Shown piece after piece: positions 27,881-40,049 of a DNA stretch of 64,000 nt; position 1 is the first letter of the stretch; each line of letters begins with the position of its first letter. The notes under the pieces were generated by a model. That model was not told the origin of the DNA, made no database searches, and saw nothing but the letters and a program-made list of their open reading frames with translations. Made by a program: the position numbers and the translations under genes. Source of the DNA: Raillietiella orientalis (lineage: Eukaryota); contig JAYWIR010000020.1 of the NCBI GenBank assembly GCA_036172245.1, positions 1,240,001 to 1,304,000 on the forward strand. Reading direction: 5' to 3'.

Positions 27881-28904
27881 GAATCGCTTCCATATGAATA
27901 GGGAGAGGCAGGGAAACATCAGTCTTATTCTGCCTTTCCTCCATGACTTCTTTCGTGAATTTCAGATTTCGTCAGAAGTGTTTCATTTTATTCTCTCTTA
28001 TGTTCTGTCGGGATTGCTGCCTCTTTTCCTCGTCGATACCACCCTGCTATGGGTGCCAATGGTGCGTTTGTTTTTCTGATCGCCTCCCCTTTGTTCTCGG
28101 ATCTCAGAAAAACAGCATTGGAAACTTTCCAAGGATGTTCTCCTGAGTGCATAGTCCAAAGAGATTCTTTCAGAGAAAGAACAGATACGGTTCAAGCAAC
28201 GCAGACTAGGCTAGACAGGGCCATCTCGTACCTAGACACAAGAGCATGGGGTGGTTACATCGGCTCTCCGAAAGGCTCAGCTGCTGACAGCTCTTGTCAC
28301 TTAGAAAATCACGAAGGAATTGGGATTATTCTTCATGGAGAAGTCAGGAGATGACAGTTAAGATGCAGGCATTCAAACCAAATCAGTTACCAGGAGAAAC
28401 CGGAATCTCTCTTCCTAGGAAGAATTGTTAGCTCTACTGAGTTGGTCCTTCAGCTAGGCAAACTCCGCAGAGAGGGAAAAGCTTTGAATTTCGTCCGATC
28501 CAGCAGCAACCGCCAGGAAACAAAGTGTTATCGGAGTAGGCGTCGATGGAGCCAACATTGGAGTAATTTCTTTTTTAGCAAAATTTAGAAAGTGACTACT
28601 GCTGCGTCGAGAGGGAGATGGTAAGTGGAGGAATTCAGTCGAAACAGTGTTAGGAAACAGTCATTCCTCTTTCCACAAGAACGACGAACAACGGGAGGAA
28701 AAGCACCATCAAATGTGAAATCCCAAGGAACAGCCTGATTTATCCCCTTTCGGTCTAAGAGCTTTTGAGCGTCCGTCAAGATGGGAAACGCATTCTTTCA
28801 CGCGAAGTTCTTAGTAAGAATTGGCTTAATAGCCAATGAGGTGACCCTTCGTTAAATCTGCTTTCACACTGCAGGAGAAGAGTGCAGAATTCCAAATAGA
28901 CTCC

Positions 28905-29063
28905 CCAGAGGAGTCTATTCAAGATTACGGTTGTAGTGCATAGGGTGAGGGGTGAGTAGATGTTGTGTATGAGGCATGTTAGGGAGACAGTTATTGATGG
29001 GAGTGAGAGAGAGGCGAGGATGGGTCTATGGGGGTGGAGAAAGAAGGGTTGATGATTTGTTAT
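28905..29063 (-). pseudogene. cox3: NUMT: mitochondrial cytochrome c oxidase subunit III 5' fragment
   Basis: ATA start 5 nt after the atp6 stop. Invertebrate mt code gives MTNHQPFFLHPHSPILASL...VILNSLL, matching the cox3 N-terminus (HPFH.V..SPWP) but lacking WP. Strong C/A strand skew. Confidence 0.75.
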
Positions 29064-29068
29064 TGTGG

Positions 29069-29335
29069 TTACTTGTTTCTGTATAATGATGTTAGTGTAG
29101 TGAAAATGTAAACTTGGATGAGGGCTATGGTAATTTCTAGGATTATGATGGGGATGGACGGGATGAGGTTTATGAGGTTATTTGATAGTATAATGATGAG
29201 GATGTGTCCGGTAGTAATGTTGGCTGTTAGTCGTAGTGATAGGGATATGGGTTGGATTATTAGTTTTATGGTTTCTAGTAGTGGGATGAAAGGAGAGAGT
29301 AATAAAGGAGTTCCTTTAGGGGCCATGTAGTGTGA
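29069..29335 (-). pseudogene. atp6: NUMT: mitochondrial ATP synthase subunit 6, C-terminal half
   Basis: PKGTP..L.PF..LLET...IQP.SLSLRLTANITTGHIL...LE...ALIQVYIFTTL.SLY are hallmark ATP6 motifs. Lacks the 5' half and is embedded in nuclear-type sequence. Confidence 0.92.
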
Positions 29336-30626
29336 CTGATATCTAGACCACCGCCTCACGACCTCGACCACTTTTGTTTTGGTCTGAGGAGAAATGCTCT
29401 TGGGAAAAGCGTTCAGCTTGCTATGGGAGAAGCCACATGCTGAGCAGAACAGATGCTCCTGGAGTATTCCCATTCCCATCCAGGATCTCTGAATTCAAAA
29501 TGCTTTTCTTTCGAGAATAAATCAGCCAGAGATGAAGCACCAACTCACTTCATTCACTCTTCCTGAAACGTAATGATTTGGTTTCCAACTAAGCTGTTTA
29601 CCGACCTCATCCGTGTTGATCACGGAGGAAATGGTATAGCATCAGGTTGTGATAATTCGAGTAAACACATCTCATGTATCTGTAGGGAAGCGTTCCATGT
29701 CCTCAATGCACGTCGAGGAGGTGGAAAGAGAAACGACTCCAGCTCGGTGAATGTCGGTTTTCTGTGAACTTGATTTTTTTTTTTTAGAACCTACCTTGTC
29801 CCCAAGTCTTCTGTCCACTGATGAGCTTTCCGCTGAGTTCGCTCCCAGTAAGATATTCGTCTAGCCAAGAAAATCACCTCCTTCGTGCTTCATCCCCATG
29901 GAGATTTTTATAGGCCAGAAATGCTATTCGGGGGTTCCTTACTTTGGTCGATATCTTTATAGACTTCTTGCAGCTTTCTGTGACACCAGCTTTTCCATCC
30001 CGTGTGCTTACGTTCCAGCTAATGGCATTCTTGCTGGGATACCTGGATTCACAAAAAAGGATGCTCTGCGGTTTCACATTTTCTTACGGGCTCTTGCATG
30101 ATTTTGCTTTCATCTTTTCGCCTTCTTCGATCTCGAGAAAGCGGTTTCTTATTCTAGGCTTTCGCTTATCTCGAAGGCAGGGCGCTCGTTCCTCCTCGCC
30201 TAATCGTAGCAATCGAAAGCGCCACTCATTTTCACGATACCTTTTTTTCCTCGGCTCTAATCTGTATTTAAGACCGCTGTCCATCTTTCATTTTCGATCG
30301 CTGTTTTGAGCAGACGAGTGCCTCGTTGAACATGCGACACACACAGCCTCAGAAAGAGCAGGGCAAGTCAAGAAAAGTGAGAATATTCAGGCTGAATACA
30401 AACAAGAGGATATGGATCCTTAAGCAGAGGAAAGCAATTAAAAGAGAGAAGGCATGGATTTCCTTCAGATGGATCATTTGCATTGGCGAGCAGCATCACG
30501 CGCTGCAGGTTCGAATCCCACCCAGGGAAGGATCGATGCCGAAAATGGGTGCGTCGTAGATTTCGAATCCCCCTTCGCAGAATAGCGCTGGTTGCCCTAT
30601 AGGCATCGGGTGCGGCACTGGTTGTG

Positions 30627-31070
30627 ACGGGTCACGCCGGGACGTTTATTTATGTCTGTAGCAGGACGTTTGATCCTGCCACGTTACTTATAACTGATAG
30701 AAGGAACCTGCCGGGACCTGGCACGCAGACCAGCGGGGTTCGCCTTGGCAGCACAAGGAAAGGGGAGACAAACAAAAAGAAAAACATAAAACAAAAAACA
30801 TACAGTCAAAAAAATAGGGGGGTTCGGGAAGGGATCACTGTGTACTGGAGGGTGCCCTCTGCATTCTTGTAAAGATGCTGGCGAGTTCCTGTGTCAAAAC
30901 TCCCATATGGGGCCATCTTGAGTCTGTTCTCATGAAGAGGACAGCAAAATAGATGGCGTCCCTGTCGTTCTGACCTCCTCTGGCATTGTTCCATGCAGCC
31001 ACAATCCCGAGTAGGCAGCAAAGTGCTGCTAGGGTGCGGCACTGGTAGCAGCCGGAAACCCCAGATGTCC
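30627..31070 (-). mobile_element. L1/Tx1-like family 3' end, copy 3
   Basis: Minus: LAALCCLLGIVAAWNN..DAIYFAVLFMRTDSRWPH, homologous to 58755-58900. Hairpin CTGGT-CTGCGT-GCCAG (30718-30733); AATAAACGTCCCGGCGTGACCCGT (30627-30650). Confidence 0.8.
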
Positions 31071-31397
31071 CCGTTAACCGGTCAGGATAAGAAGTTGACT
31101 ATCCGGTGGTTTTTACGGGAATCAAGGGGTTGGTCCCATTATGGGTTTCCCTCTGGTTGTGAAAATGAAGCCGTCTCCCCTCCCTCGGGGAGGGACCCTC
31201 ATCACGTACCATAGGAGCTGGTTGATAGCCCCTCTTCAGAGTGTCAGAAACGCGCTGCTCTCTTCAGAGAAATTTGGAAAGAGGAACACCAAGGAGCAGA
31301 TCCTTTCAGGGTTCCTTTTCTGAGAAGAAATGAAGGAGCGCCCCCCTTCGGGAGGTATCTCTGAAAAGAATAAGGAAGTTCTCCTTTCGAAGTCCTT
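31070..31397 (-). mobile_element. RT domain 4-5 fragment of the same family
   Basis: PSFLLRKGTLKGSAPWCSSFQISL (F.L.RG.RQG.P.S..LF...LE), then MRVPP..GDGFIF. Nucleotide similarity to 31779-31820. Confidence 0.5.
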
Positions 31398-31410
31398 TTC
31401 GGAGACAACC

Positions 31411-31757
31411 TGGAGAGACTCTGAAGCAGGAGCGAACAAAAAGAACACCATCGAGAGTGCACTACGTTTTCTGTGGATGGCAGCTGGATGGCCCCACCCG
31501 GATGCAATCCGACCTAGCATCCTGGAAAGGATATACAGAACTCCTTCTAACAGACTGCGATCCCTTCTCGGTCCTTCACAGCGTTTTCATTTGTTTTTTA
31601 TTTTATTTTTCTTCTGCTTCCCCCTCCCATCCGCTGCTGAGGTGAGCCTCGCTGGTCTGCGGACCGGCAGTCTATGGACAAAGGTAGGAAGGGCCATGTG
31701 TCCCACCACAATTTATAAGTTTCTTTTAAATTTTAAGAAACTCCCCGGAGTGTCCGG
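31411..31757 (+). mobile_element. L1/Tx1-like family 3' end, copy 4
   Basis: WRDSEAGANKKNTIESALRFLWMAAGWPH is homologous to copy 3. T-rich tract; GCTGGT-CTGCGG-ACCGGC (31651-31668); AAGAAA plus CCGGA-GTG-TCCGG (31735-31757). Confidence 0.75.
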
Positions 31758-32520
31758 ATGGGCTTCGGAGACAACCAGGATGAAGGTTCCCCACCAAGCC
31801 CGTAGGAGGAAACGACTCCTTACTCTCGAGTCTTCCTGGACTCATAGGGTGGTCCCTTCCCGCGGTATCCCCTAACTTAAAAAGTTACACGCTTCCTTGG
31901 GTGGCACAGGCAGTGTTAAAGTACTTGGTGAACCTCCCCCTAAGGAGGTGAACGGTTCTTTGAGTTCTTAGCGAACTACACAAAGAAAATAAAACCTGGA
32001 AAAAAAATGGCTGAAGGAAAGGCTGCAGATACAGGAGAACCTCAAAGGATCCCCATCATCCTGAAAGGAACAAGCTCACACGCCTACCGGCTAACACGCA
32101 TTCTGCTGGGCCCCGGAAGCTCTGAAGCAGAACTGAGGTCGATCCCCCCCTCGCCTTTCATCGAGATTCTGCACACGGCACTCCCGTCGCAGCGTGCGAT
32201 GTTCAGGATTCTGCGATCCTGTTGTATCGGCAATCGAAAGTGAAAGAAGATCGTGTTGCAGCCTGCATCTCGCGTACGCAACGCGGAACCGAAGTAATCC
32301 CAGAATTCTTAGTGGTGCTTCCTCCATGGGATGGGACCGCGGCCTGGAACCAGTCTTTCTATGAAGTTGGGCGATAGATGGAGATGGTGTTAAATGAGAG
32401 CGGTGGGTAGCGTAATGGTTCTCAGTTAATTGGGGCGAAGGCAAATTGAAGGTGTCCGCGTTGGACTGTGTCCTGCAGGCGCGTTGCGCGGCTCAGGGGC
32501 GCTCCTGCAGCTTGGCTGGC
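31758..32520 (+). mobile_element. ORF2-internal fragment (RT domain 5 to thumb) fused to the copy 4 3' end
   Basis: ETTRMKVPHQA, PNLKS, KYLV/KVLG, IILKGTSSHAYR (LS.KGR...AN) and LKVSALDCVLQ (cf. LKARQLHVLQ near 57335) occur in the expected order; frameshifted. Confidence 0.5.
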
Positions 32521-34899
32521 GTCTAGAAACATGAGGACATCATGAGACGGTGTTATCGATGAGCGTCAAGAAGATGGAAAGAAGAGCAAGCAATTAACAC
32601 GACTTGAAGCCACCTGAAAATAAAGAAGCTGGAAAAGAGGTTGAAAACGGCTGCCTGAGAACTTTTTTGAGGGAGAATGGAGGGAGGAGGGGAGTGGGAA
32701 ATCATGCAACAAAGCTAAGAGTTCTTGGATTTTTGGAATCTTGGAATACTCGTGGACGTGCTTTCAAAGCCTCCAATCTACCAGATCACGAAAAAAAATA
32801 AATCAAAATTCCACTCGAGAAGTCAGTGAAGGATTTGGTTCAGAGCGAATGATCCCAGAAGTGAATAATCCTTCCTTCATCTTCCCCAATAAATTATTTC
32901 TGGAGTTCATTTGTGTGAAATAAACCATCAGGAAAGCAGCACCCTTATTTTGCACTTTATGGGCTGCAAAATGACATTTGCAGTATATCCTCAGGATGCC
33001 AGACCAATAGTGAAATGAGGACATGAATAGCAATTAATTTTTTGTCGAACTAATGGGATGTAGACGACCGCAGTCGCATTGCGAAGTCTTCCAGGCTTTG
33101 TGAAGGACCCCATCAAGGGCTGCGAGACCGTAAACCGCAGACTCCATCTTTTCTGCGTATTTGAATGTTGCAAAAATAAATCTGCTCTTGGAGGGATACC
33201 CGTCCACAGATGGCGTAGGTTTCCGACACGCTTTTTGCAAAATGCAGGGAAACTTTCGGGAACGCACTGCTCTTTTCCCTCTGATTTTGGTTATAAGCAA
33301 TAAAATGTCGATGAAGAGAATGATTCTCTGCTCGATATGAGCTCGCATCACGGAAAATCCCTGCATTCCTGAATCGCAAATCCGGAAAACACGTGCTCCG
33401 AGCAGCGGAACATTTTCTTAAAGAGTTTGTGTGCTGCTAATGCCTCACTTTATGCTGGGAAACTGAAGAAATCAAACGCAAAGCGCCGGTCATCACATTA
33501 CGCAGCGCTCTTAAGGGTTTTTACCATGCGAAATGGAACTGCGCCCGGGAACAGACGGTAATTTATATCACAAGGGCCTGGTGCTTTATGCCTGCCGCAC
33601 ATTAAGTGAGATAATCTGGATATTGCTTAATGAGCAGCTTGTGAGCAAAAGTTTGTTTGCTCCCAAGGTTCGGTTCCTATCCTTACGGGAGGAAACTCTG
33701 GTGCCGAGCACAGATGCTCCAGTACTTCCGTGCTGGAAAGGGTGATTGCAATGGCAGCAAAACTGATCGACGTATCCACAAATAGAATGCCATTTATAGA
33801 TCTCTTCTAATGCTGATGTAAAGCGCAACGATATTTATCAGGGATTATTATTATTATTCGGGTGGAGAATTCGCCGCTGTTCTTTTGTGCTTTTGTGTTC
33901 TATTGCAGCAGCTGTTTCCTCCTAGGACCATCACCACTTGAGAACTCAGGATCAGGACAGTCCTGGAAAAAAAAAACTTTCGCTTTTGTTTTTGATTTCG
34001 CTTTTCAAAAGGAAATTCCATACTTTATTTAAGGTTTATACAAACACACTCACACGCACGCACGCACACGCTACGATTGAAAGGCAAATCGGAGTCTTTG
34101 GGAGGAAAACGTCAATTCGCTTGTTTGACTCTTGCGCTATCGGTCACTTATTTTACATGGAGCCAAGGCAGCAAATTGTATTTATTTGATGGAGGCAACA
34201 GGATATTACATTCCGCCGATTGGGGAACAAGCACTGGAAAATCATCTACGGAAGAACGGAACAGTCGTATTGGGACAGAGATAGGAGCGGGCACGTGGGG
34301 ACGGTGATGGAAGTTCGTTTCACGGAAGGAATCCAAACTCGGCGGCGACCAAAGGAGACGCTGACGCAATTCATGTGGTTCGGGAATGGAAAGAACAAAA
34401 TGGAAGGGAGAGATGCTCGTTCTTTCATCTTCCGAAGTATTCGTTGCTCGCTTGAGGATCAGTTCCTGAGAAAGGTATGTTACCTTACTTGCTGCTTTCC
34501 TGGTTGTTGTTGTTTTTTCAGGAAATGCTTTCTTATTCAGTTAGAGGTTCGTGAAAAGTCACAGCAATATTCCATCTCTTTCCAACATCGAGATGAGCTA
34601 TGGAATACTTTCAATTCTTCATAGATTAAGAACAAGGACTAAAGCAAAACCATTAGGTTTGTCTAGGTCTCCATAGAGCTCATCAAAAGGAGCTGCACCT
34701 CCGAGAAAACAACTCTTGCATCCAAAGGTAATGGCATTTCCACTTTTTTCTTAAGTGAAAAGGATTCTGGAATATGGATCCTCTTCTCCTGTTCCGCTTC
34801 ACCACGAGAACTTCCGAATTCTTTGATGTTGATCCCTGCATCGCTTACTTTTTCTTTTGTTTTAACCCCAGCTGGCAGAAGTGCATTCTCCGGTATGGA

Positions 34900-37170
34900 A
34901 ATCTCTTTTTCCATCAAGACTGTGGATATTCTTTTGAGGAGGATGTCCTTCATCGCTTCAACAAGTTTAAAGCAGCCTTCTTGTCCTTCTATTCAGTATG
35001 CCTATGCCTTTGTCGACAGCAAGGATCCCGTCCATTGCCACATCCTTGCCGTATATCAGACGAAAAGTTACGGATTGTTGTTCTTCTGCATAGGATGTCT
35101 TCATCTGCAACTTGCGCTTGAACAGAGAAAGCGCTCCTCCGCTTTCGCAGCCAGCGAGATCAATGTTTCCTTGGAATTATTAGGTCATTTGATTTTTGCA
35201 GCTATGGAAATTCATTTGATGATTTTTATTTGCTATGAATTTCGAAGCTGATGTCTATGATGCTCGACCAGAGATCGAGCATGTGATCTTCAGCCAGAAT
35301 TGCCCCCCACAGGCAAAATCGAAGTTGCTCACATTAAGAATGATCATCTTTTGCTCTCCTGAGTGTACTTCGAAAACTGGATCTTCATCTGGAAACACCT
35401 GATGCTTGGAAACAAGACGTTTGCAGTCAACAGCCCTCTATCCAGTTCATTGATTTCTTTCTTATTCGAATCTGGAACAGTGAACCACTTTCCGATATAA
35501 ACTGAGATTGTCCACCAAGGCCCAATCTGGGCCTCACATGATCGAGATCAATCTGATGCTGCATCACTTTCTCTTCTGTTCTTCTTCTACAGCAACAATG
35601 AGCAATCTTTTCGTGGAGGTCACCTACCAATGTTCCAAATATCGTCATAGGACATACTTGACACGTTTGGTTAGAGGACCGACGTCCTTCTCGCAAGCTG
35701 TGAGAATGCGTTTTTGCCACACGGAAGCACTGGTGGTCTCGAAAAACACTTCTGGTGACTCATTGCTCAGTATGCATCTGGGAAGTTTCCGGAATGCAAT
35801 AAATAAAACCGACTCGTGTGGAATGGTGTCATCAGGTCTTCACGTACTGTTCTTTCAAATCCTGAGTTCAAGCCTTGCCGTTGGAAGAAAGGAAATCTGT
35901 GTGAGCATCAGCATTCGACTAGTCTTGAATTCGTTTCATCCACTCGACGCGCATTTCTCGATGCTCTCTTTCGAAGCAGATTACGAATGTCGAAACGAAA
36001 GGAGACATGGAGTTAGGAAGGAGGAGTCGAGGAGGAATGCCACGAACGAAGTGGATTTCGAAAATCATCCTCCTCTCCTCCGAACCTTTGAAATTCCAGA
36101 ATACGAGCACACATTTCCAGAATCACTAAAGTGGGCTGCGTTCCTCCAAATGCAGCATTCGAGAGTTCATCCCAGGGAATCTGCTCACACTTTTTTTCCA
36201 GCAATATTATAATGAATCTGTATGTAGGCTTTCAAAGTTTCCGGATGCGTGAGTAGTCGGTATCAGACAACCCAGGCTTCTCTTTGTTTAATATTCCGTA
36301 GACACGGACTTGATGCCAGGTGTCAGATTTGTATCTCACTTCCAAGCATCGATCTGAATTTAACAGGAAATCTTCTTCAGCGTCATCGGAGTTCGGTTCC
36401 CAAAAGCTTTGGTCGCGTCTGCACGCAAGTATACACTGCTGCAAGAAAGGTAGTCGAGACAGCTATCTTCTAGGGTGGAACCCCACGCGAAATCAGGGTT
36501 TCTGTACGGCTAACTGCCTATTCTGACTTTTGAGACACCTCTGAGTTTGCAGCCACTTAGCACATGGCAGCACAACTCCGGTCCTATTTGCCGTTGAGTT
36601 GTCCTGTCGAATCGTAATGCAACCGCTTGCATCCTTCGACTTGTGACAAAACTCTTTGGCACAACCTAAATGGGGCCTCTCATTCCTGCCCCCCGTATTT
36701 CGGCACAGCACGGAACGTAATCAACGGGGAAACGGTTCTGCCTGCATCTTCAGAGGAGAGCAGAAATCCTGTGCTCATCGACTACTGGCACCGAGTTAAG
36801 CAGTGCTGCCTATTTCCAAAACTTTCATCTTTCTGAAACAAGTTCCTTTGTTTGAACTGTTTTCCTGAAATGAGGAGTCCCAACCTTTGACCAAAAAACG
36901 CTGTACAGTTATAACCCGCAGCTATACTGTCGCTCCTCCTTTACCCACGATGGGAGGAATCAGCTTAATTTGCGCGGTGCCAATGGATGTCTTTATTCTT
37001 AATGTGCCTTCAGTATTGCTTTCCGCGACCACTCGCTCTGTTTTGGCGCCACGGTCCATTCTAGAAAAAGACATTTGCAAAGATTCCACGGTCACTTTCT
37101 CAAACGCAATAGAAAATTGGCATCTTACTCACCCTCCAGGAAAAGTTGCGCCTGTCAAAAAAACTCAAAT
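34900..37170 (-). mobile_element. Highly degenerate Ty3/Gypsy-type pol relic (PR-RT-RH-IN order)
   Basis: From high to low coordinate: LTGAT..GTLRIKTSIG (protease), APFRLC (MPFGL), DFLLNSD..YSRIRKL and LEKKCEQIPW (RNase H), ADAHTDFLS, CQVC..DLHE/LLIVAVE and GQSQFISESGSLF (integrase). Confidence 0.5.
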
Positions 37171-37357
37171 GCTAAAACGGAATAACAGGAATCGTTGCAT
37201 TTTGTGTCGAATAAGAATCAAATTTGATAAGATGGAAAGATCTGTGATGCATAATTCGAATCAAGTGCATTCTAATGATATGTACTCTCGTTCAAAAAAA
37301 TAATATTTTGGTTAATAACTAAGCAAAATCAATTCCTTCTAGTATAGCCAGTCAATT

Positions 37358-37376
37358 TGTGTGTGTGTGTGTGTGT
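37358..37376. repeat. (TG)n microsatellite followed by a T tract
   Basis: Read directly from the sequence. Confidence 0.9.
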
Positions 37377-38449
37377 TTTTTTTTCTTTTCAGAAATTCGA
37401 TACCTAATTGTGAATTTCAAAAAGTGTTTCTGTTTTCCTCAGATCCTCGTATTCCCTGAAAGTGACGTAATCAGAATGTAGGAGTCATTCCTTTATTTAA
37501 AATAACATAAACTTCCTCCGAAGAGAGCCTGCTTTATTTATTCTTATTTTAACTTCTTTTTAACTCTCCACTGCTTTGAAAATTACTTGTTAGGGAACCT
37601 CTCGGGCGAAGACGATTGGAATTCTCGTGACATCCAAGAACGTGATGCAGCTGATCATCATGTGGGCGGTGCATTCATGTTTATCTCACGGTTTACGCGA
37701 TGATGAACTGACGGTCACAGTGGAAGGGAATCGTTCGGTCTCAAGCAGCATCCTGAAAACACCACTTACACTCTAAAAGAAGACATGCTGTTGGGAAGTT
37801 TGTGGACTCGCCATCTACACCAGCTAAACGGGGCAGGCAGTCCTAACGTCACTCGTGCAAAAGGTCTTACCTGTCTGCGAAAACAGTTTTTGTGCCATCT
37901 TTTTAATAAGCAGGTCTTATAACATCAGTGAACATTGAGTTCATCGCAAACTCTGAAATCTCTGCCGAAGAGATACGGAACCCATAGAACGTTCCATTCT
38001 TCCTTTGCACGAACTATTTATCGTTCCTCCCTGTTCATCTGAGCAGAAAAGGGGAAGAGATCCTATTGTTAGCAAGGCGGTGTTCAAGAATTTGCTAACA
38101 GTTCCAAGAAATCAACTTCTTTGGCTAGCAGTGAACCAAATCTGGCACTGGAAACCATGGAACTTTCCTCAGAAATTAACGACGCATTCCAATCCTCGGA
38201 GGTTTTACCCTGTCCTTTTCCCAATGCTGCTTGCGGAGATTTTTCTTACGCAGTCACTCAGAGAACTCAGTTTAACTTGGATTGCGCGTGATCTTAATGC
38301 CACGAGAAACCAAAGCCCCAGCACGGCGCGTGTGAAGCTCCACCAGTGCGTAGGCGGGCAACTAAACGGAACTGTCCTACTGAGGTGGCTGTCCCAGGAA
38401 CGCTTACTGAACTCCGACCGCAAGGGAGGACCGTGGTCGGGATTTCGGA

Positions 38450-38800
38450 ACGAGCAGGGACCATTTTACAATACCTACGAGGGCGACTTGGATGATAGGA
38501 CAAAGGGTTAGCAGAAAACAGAAGTTGCTGGAAATGAGAAAAGCGAGGACCGACCATTTTCTTGAAGCCTGCTGGCAAAAGCAAGCGCATGCGCTGTCGC
38601 ATCTGCCTCTACGAGACAGTCGGCGTACGAGGTGGCAGCAGTTCTGCCCCAGCCCTGAGCGGTGGCTGATGGTAGACATGCAACCTAGGAACAGGTCCTC
38701 ATCGGGAGCAAGGGCAAGACCAGGGAAAGTTCCTCGAACAAGTTGGGCTGACGAAGAGTCCGTGGATCGAACGATCTCGTGGAGGTGGAAAATGCGCAAG
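38450..38800 (+). mobile_element. RTE-like ORF C-terminal relic
   Basis: LRDSRRTRWQQF...GARARPGKVPRTSWAD resembles RTE RRLRW.GHV...G.R.RGRPR.RW.D. Confidence 0.3.
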
Positions 38801-40049
38801 CGTTGAATAAAGGACAACACTTACATGAACAAGGAGCACATCAGAGATCCTTCGTGTACCGTGAAAGAGAATCATTGTGTAATGATTCAGAAAGCACCAA
38901 GGCTATAAAAGAATAATCCTTAGCTTTTGCTGCATAAAAGAGAACGAAGCGCGTCTTAGATGCTGCGTTTTTTTTTTTTTTTTTTTCGGGATCAGTTAAC
39001 AAAAACCAGCAATTCGAAACATCTATCGAACATCATCATTCAGAAGTGTATCGATTAAAGACATTTTACACCTTCGTCCTTGGTTTCAACGGAAGAATAA
39101 TGCAAGACATGGGTTTGAAGAGAACCGTTCATGCTTACTAGAATTGCTATCCAATAATGTTCACTAACCAAAGCAGTGGTCAAAAGAGATTCAGGAGACT
39201 AGTGCATTGACGACCCACTTGCATCCTTTCAAGGAATGCGTTCGACTCTCTGCAAATGGGAAAAACCGCTTACATATTTGGCCTCATCAAGATAGAGATG
39301 CACGTCTTGATTTTAGCACGATCAGAAGTCTGCGTGACTTTTATAAATATGATTCCATTCATCACCAGATGTTACCCGTTCTCCTCCTGCACAGCACTCG
39401 AATCCGAAAAAATCAACCAATATTTGGAATACATATTCAGAATCCCCAAAATTGAAAACACACACGCAGCCAGAGTAACACACACGCGTTTGCAATGAAA
39501 ACGATCTGCGAAGACAAAGAGCTGCATTACCAAGGGCTACCAAACCCAAATCCAGATAAAGTGCCATTTTAATTTTCCTCATTTGATTTTCAGACTCTCT
39601 TTTGCGAGAAATTGAAAGGATTTAAATACAGTACGCTGTAGGGAGGAGGAGGAGTGCGGGGGATAAACTCATTTGTGTACTTGGCAAACTGGAAGGGGCA
39701 TTTTATTCTAGAAAAGAATTTCTTCCTAATTACGACGCCATCTTTCAAAGTTTGCTTAAAAAATTCAAAATGAAAACATTTTGGTTACAACAAGGATGAA
39801 CTCTCGAGGGACATATACACTGATTCGTTTACTAATGCAACGGAAATTTACGTATTAAATTCCGGAATCCATTATGCTTTTTCCTGTTAGTAATAATTCT
39901 CACATGAAATTTAGCATTACTTTAGGCAAGAAAATATGTGCGAATTTGAAAAGAATTGGGTCCGTGCTATTTGACTTTAATTAACTTGGAATGAGAGCTC
40001 GCAGAAGACTTAGCAGAGTTCATTCAGTAATACATTTGATAGGAGAATG

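Noticed and set aside
29336..29479. N-terminal part of the 136-aa ORF as part of ATP6
   Set aside because: No ATP6 similarity or mitochondrial base skew; it is nuclear flank read through in frame.
29818..29880. CTGATGA as a hammerhead ribozyme core (also near 23277, 43250, 50434, 54801)
   Set aside because: No stem II followed by GAAA and no cleavage-site helix could be folded.
32007..32243. MAEGKAAD ORF as the ORF1 start of a new element
   Set aside because: Flanking motifs place it inside a frameshifted ORF2 thumb region.
35508..36212. 234-aa plus-strand ORF as a gene
   Set aside because: No recognisable domain; it is antisense to the Gypsy pol relic.
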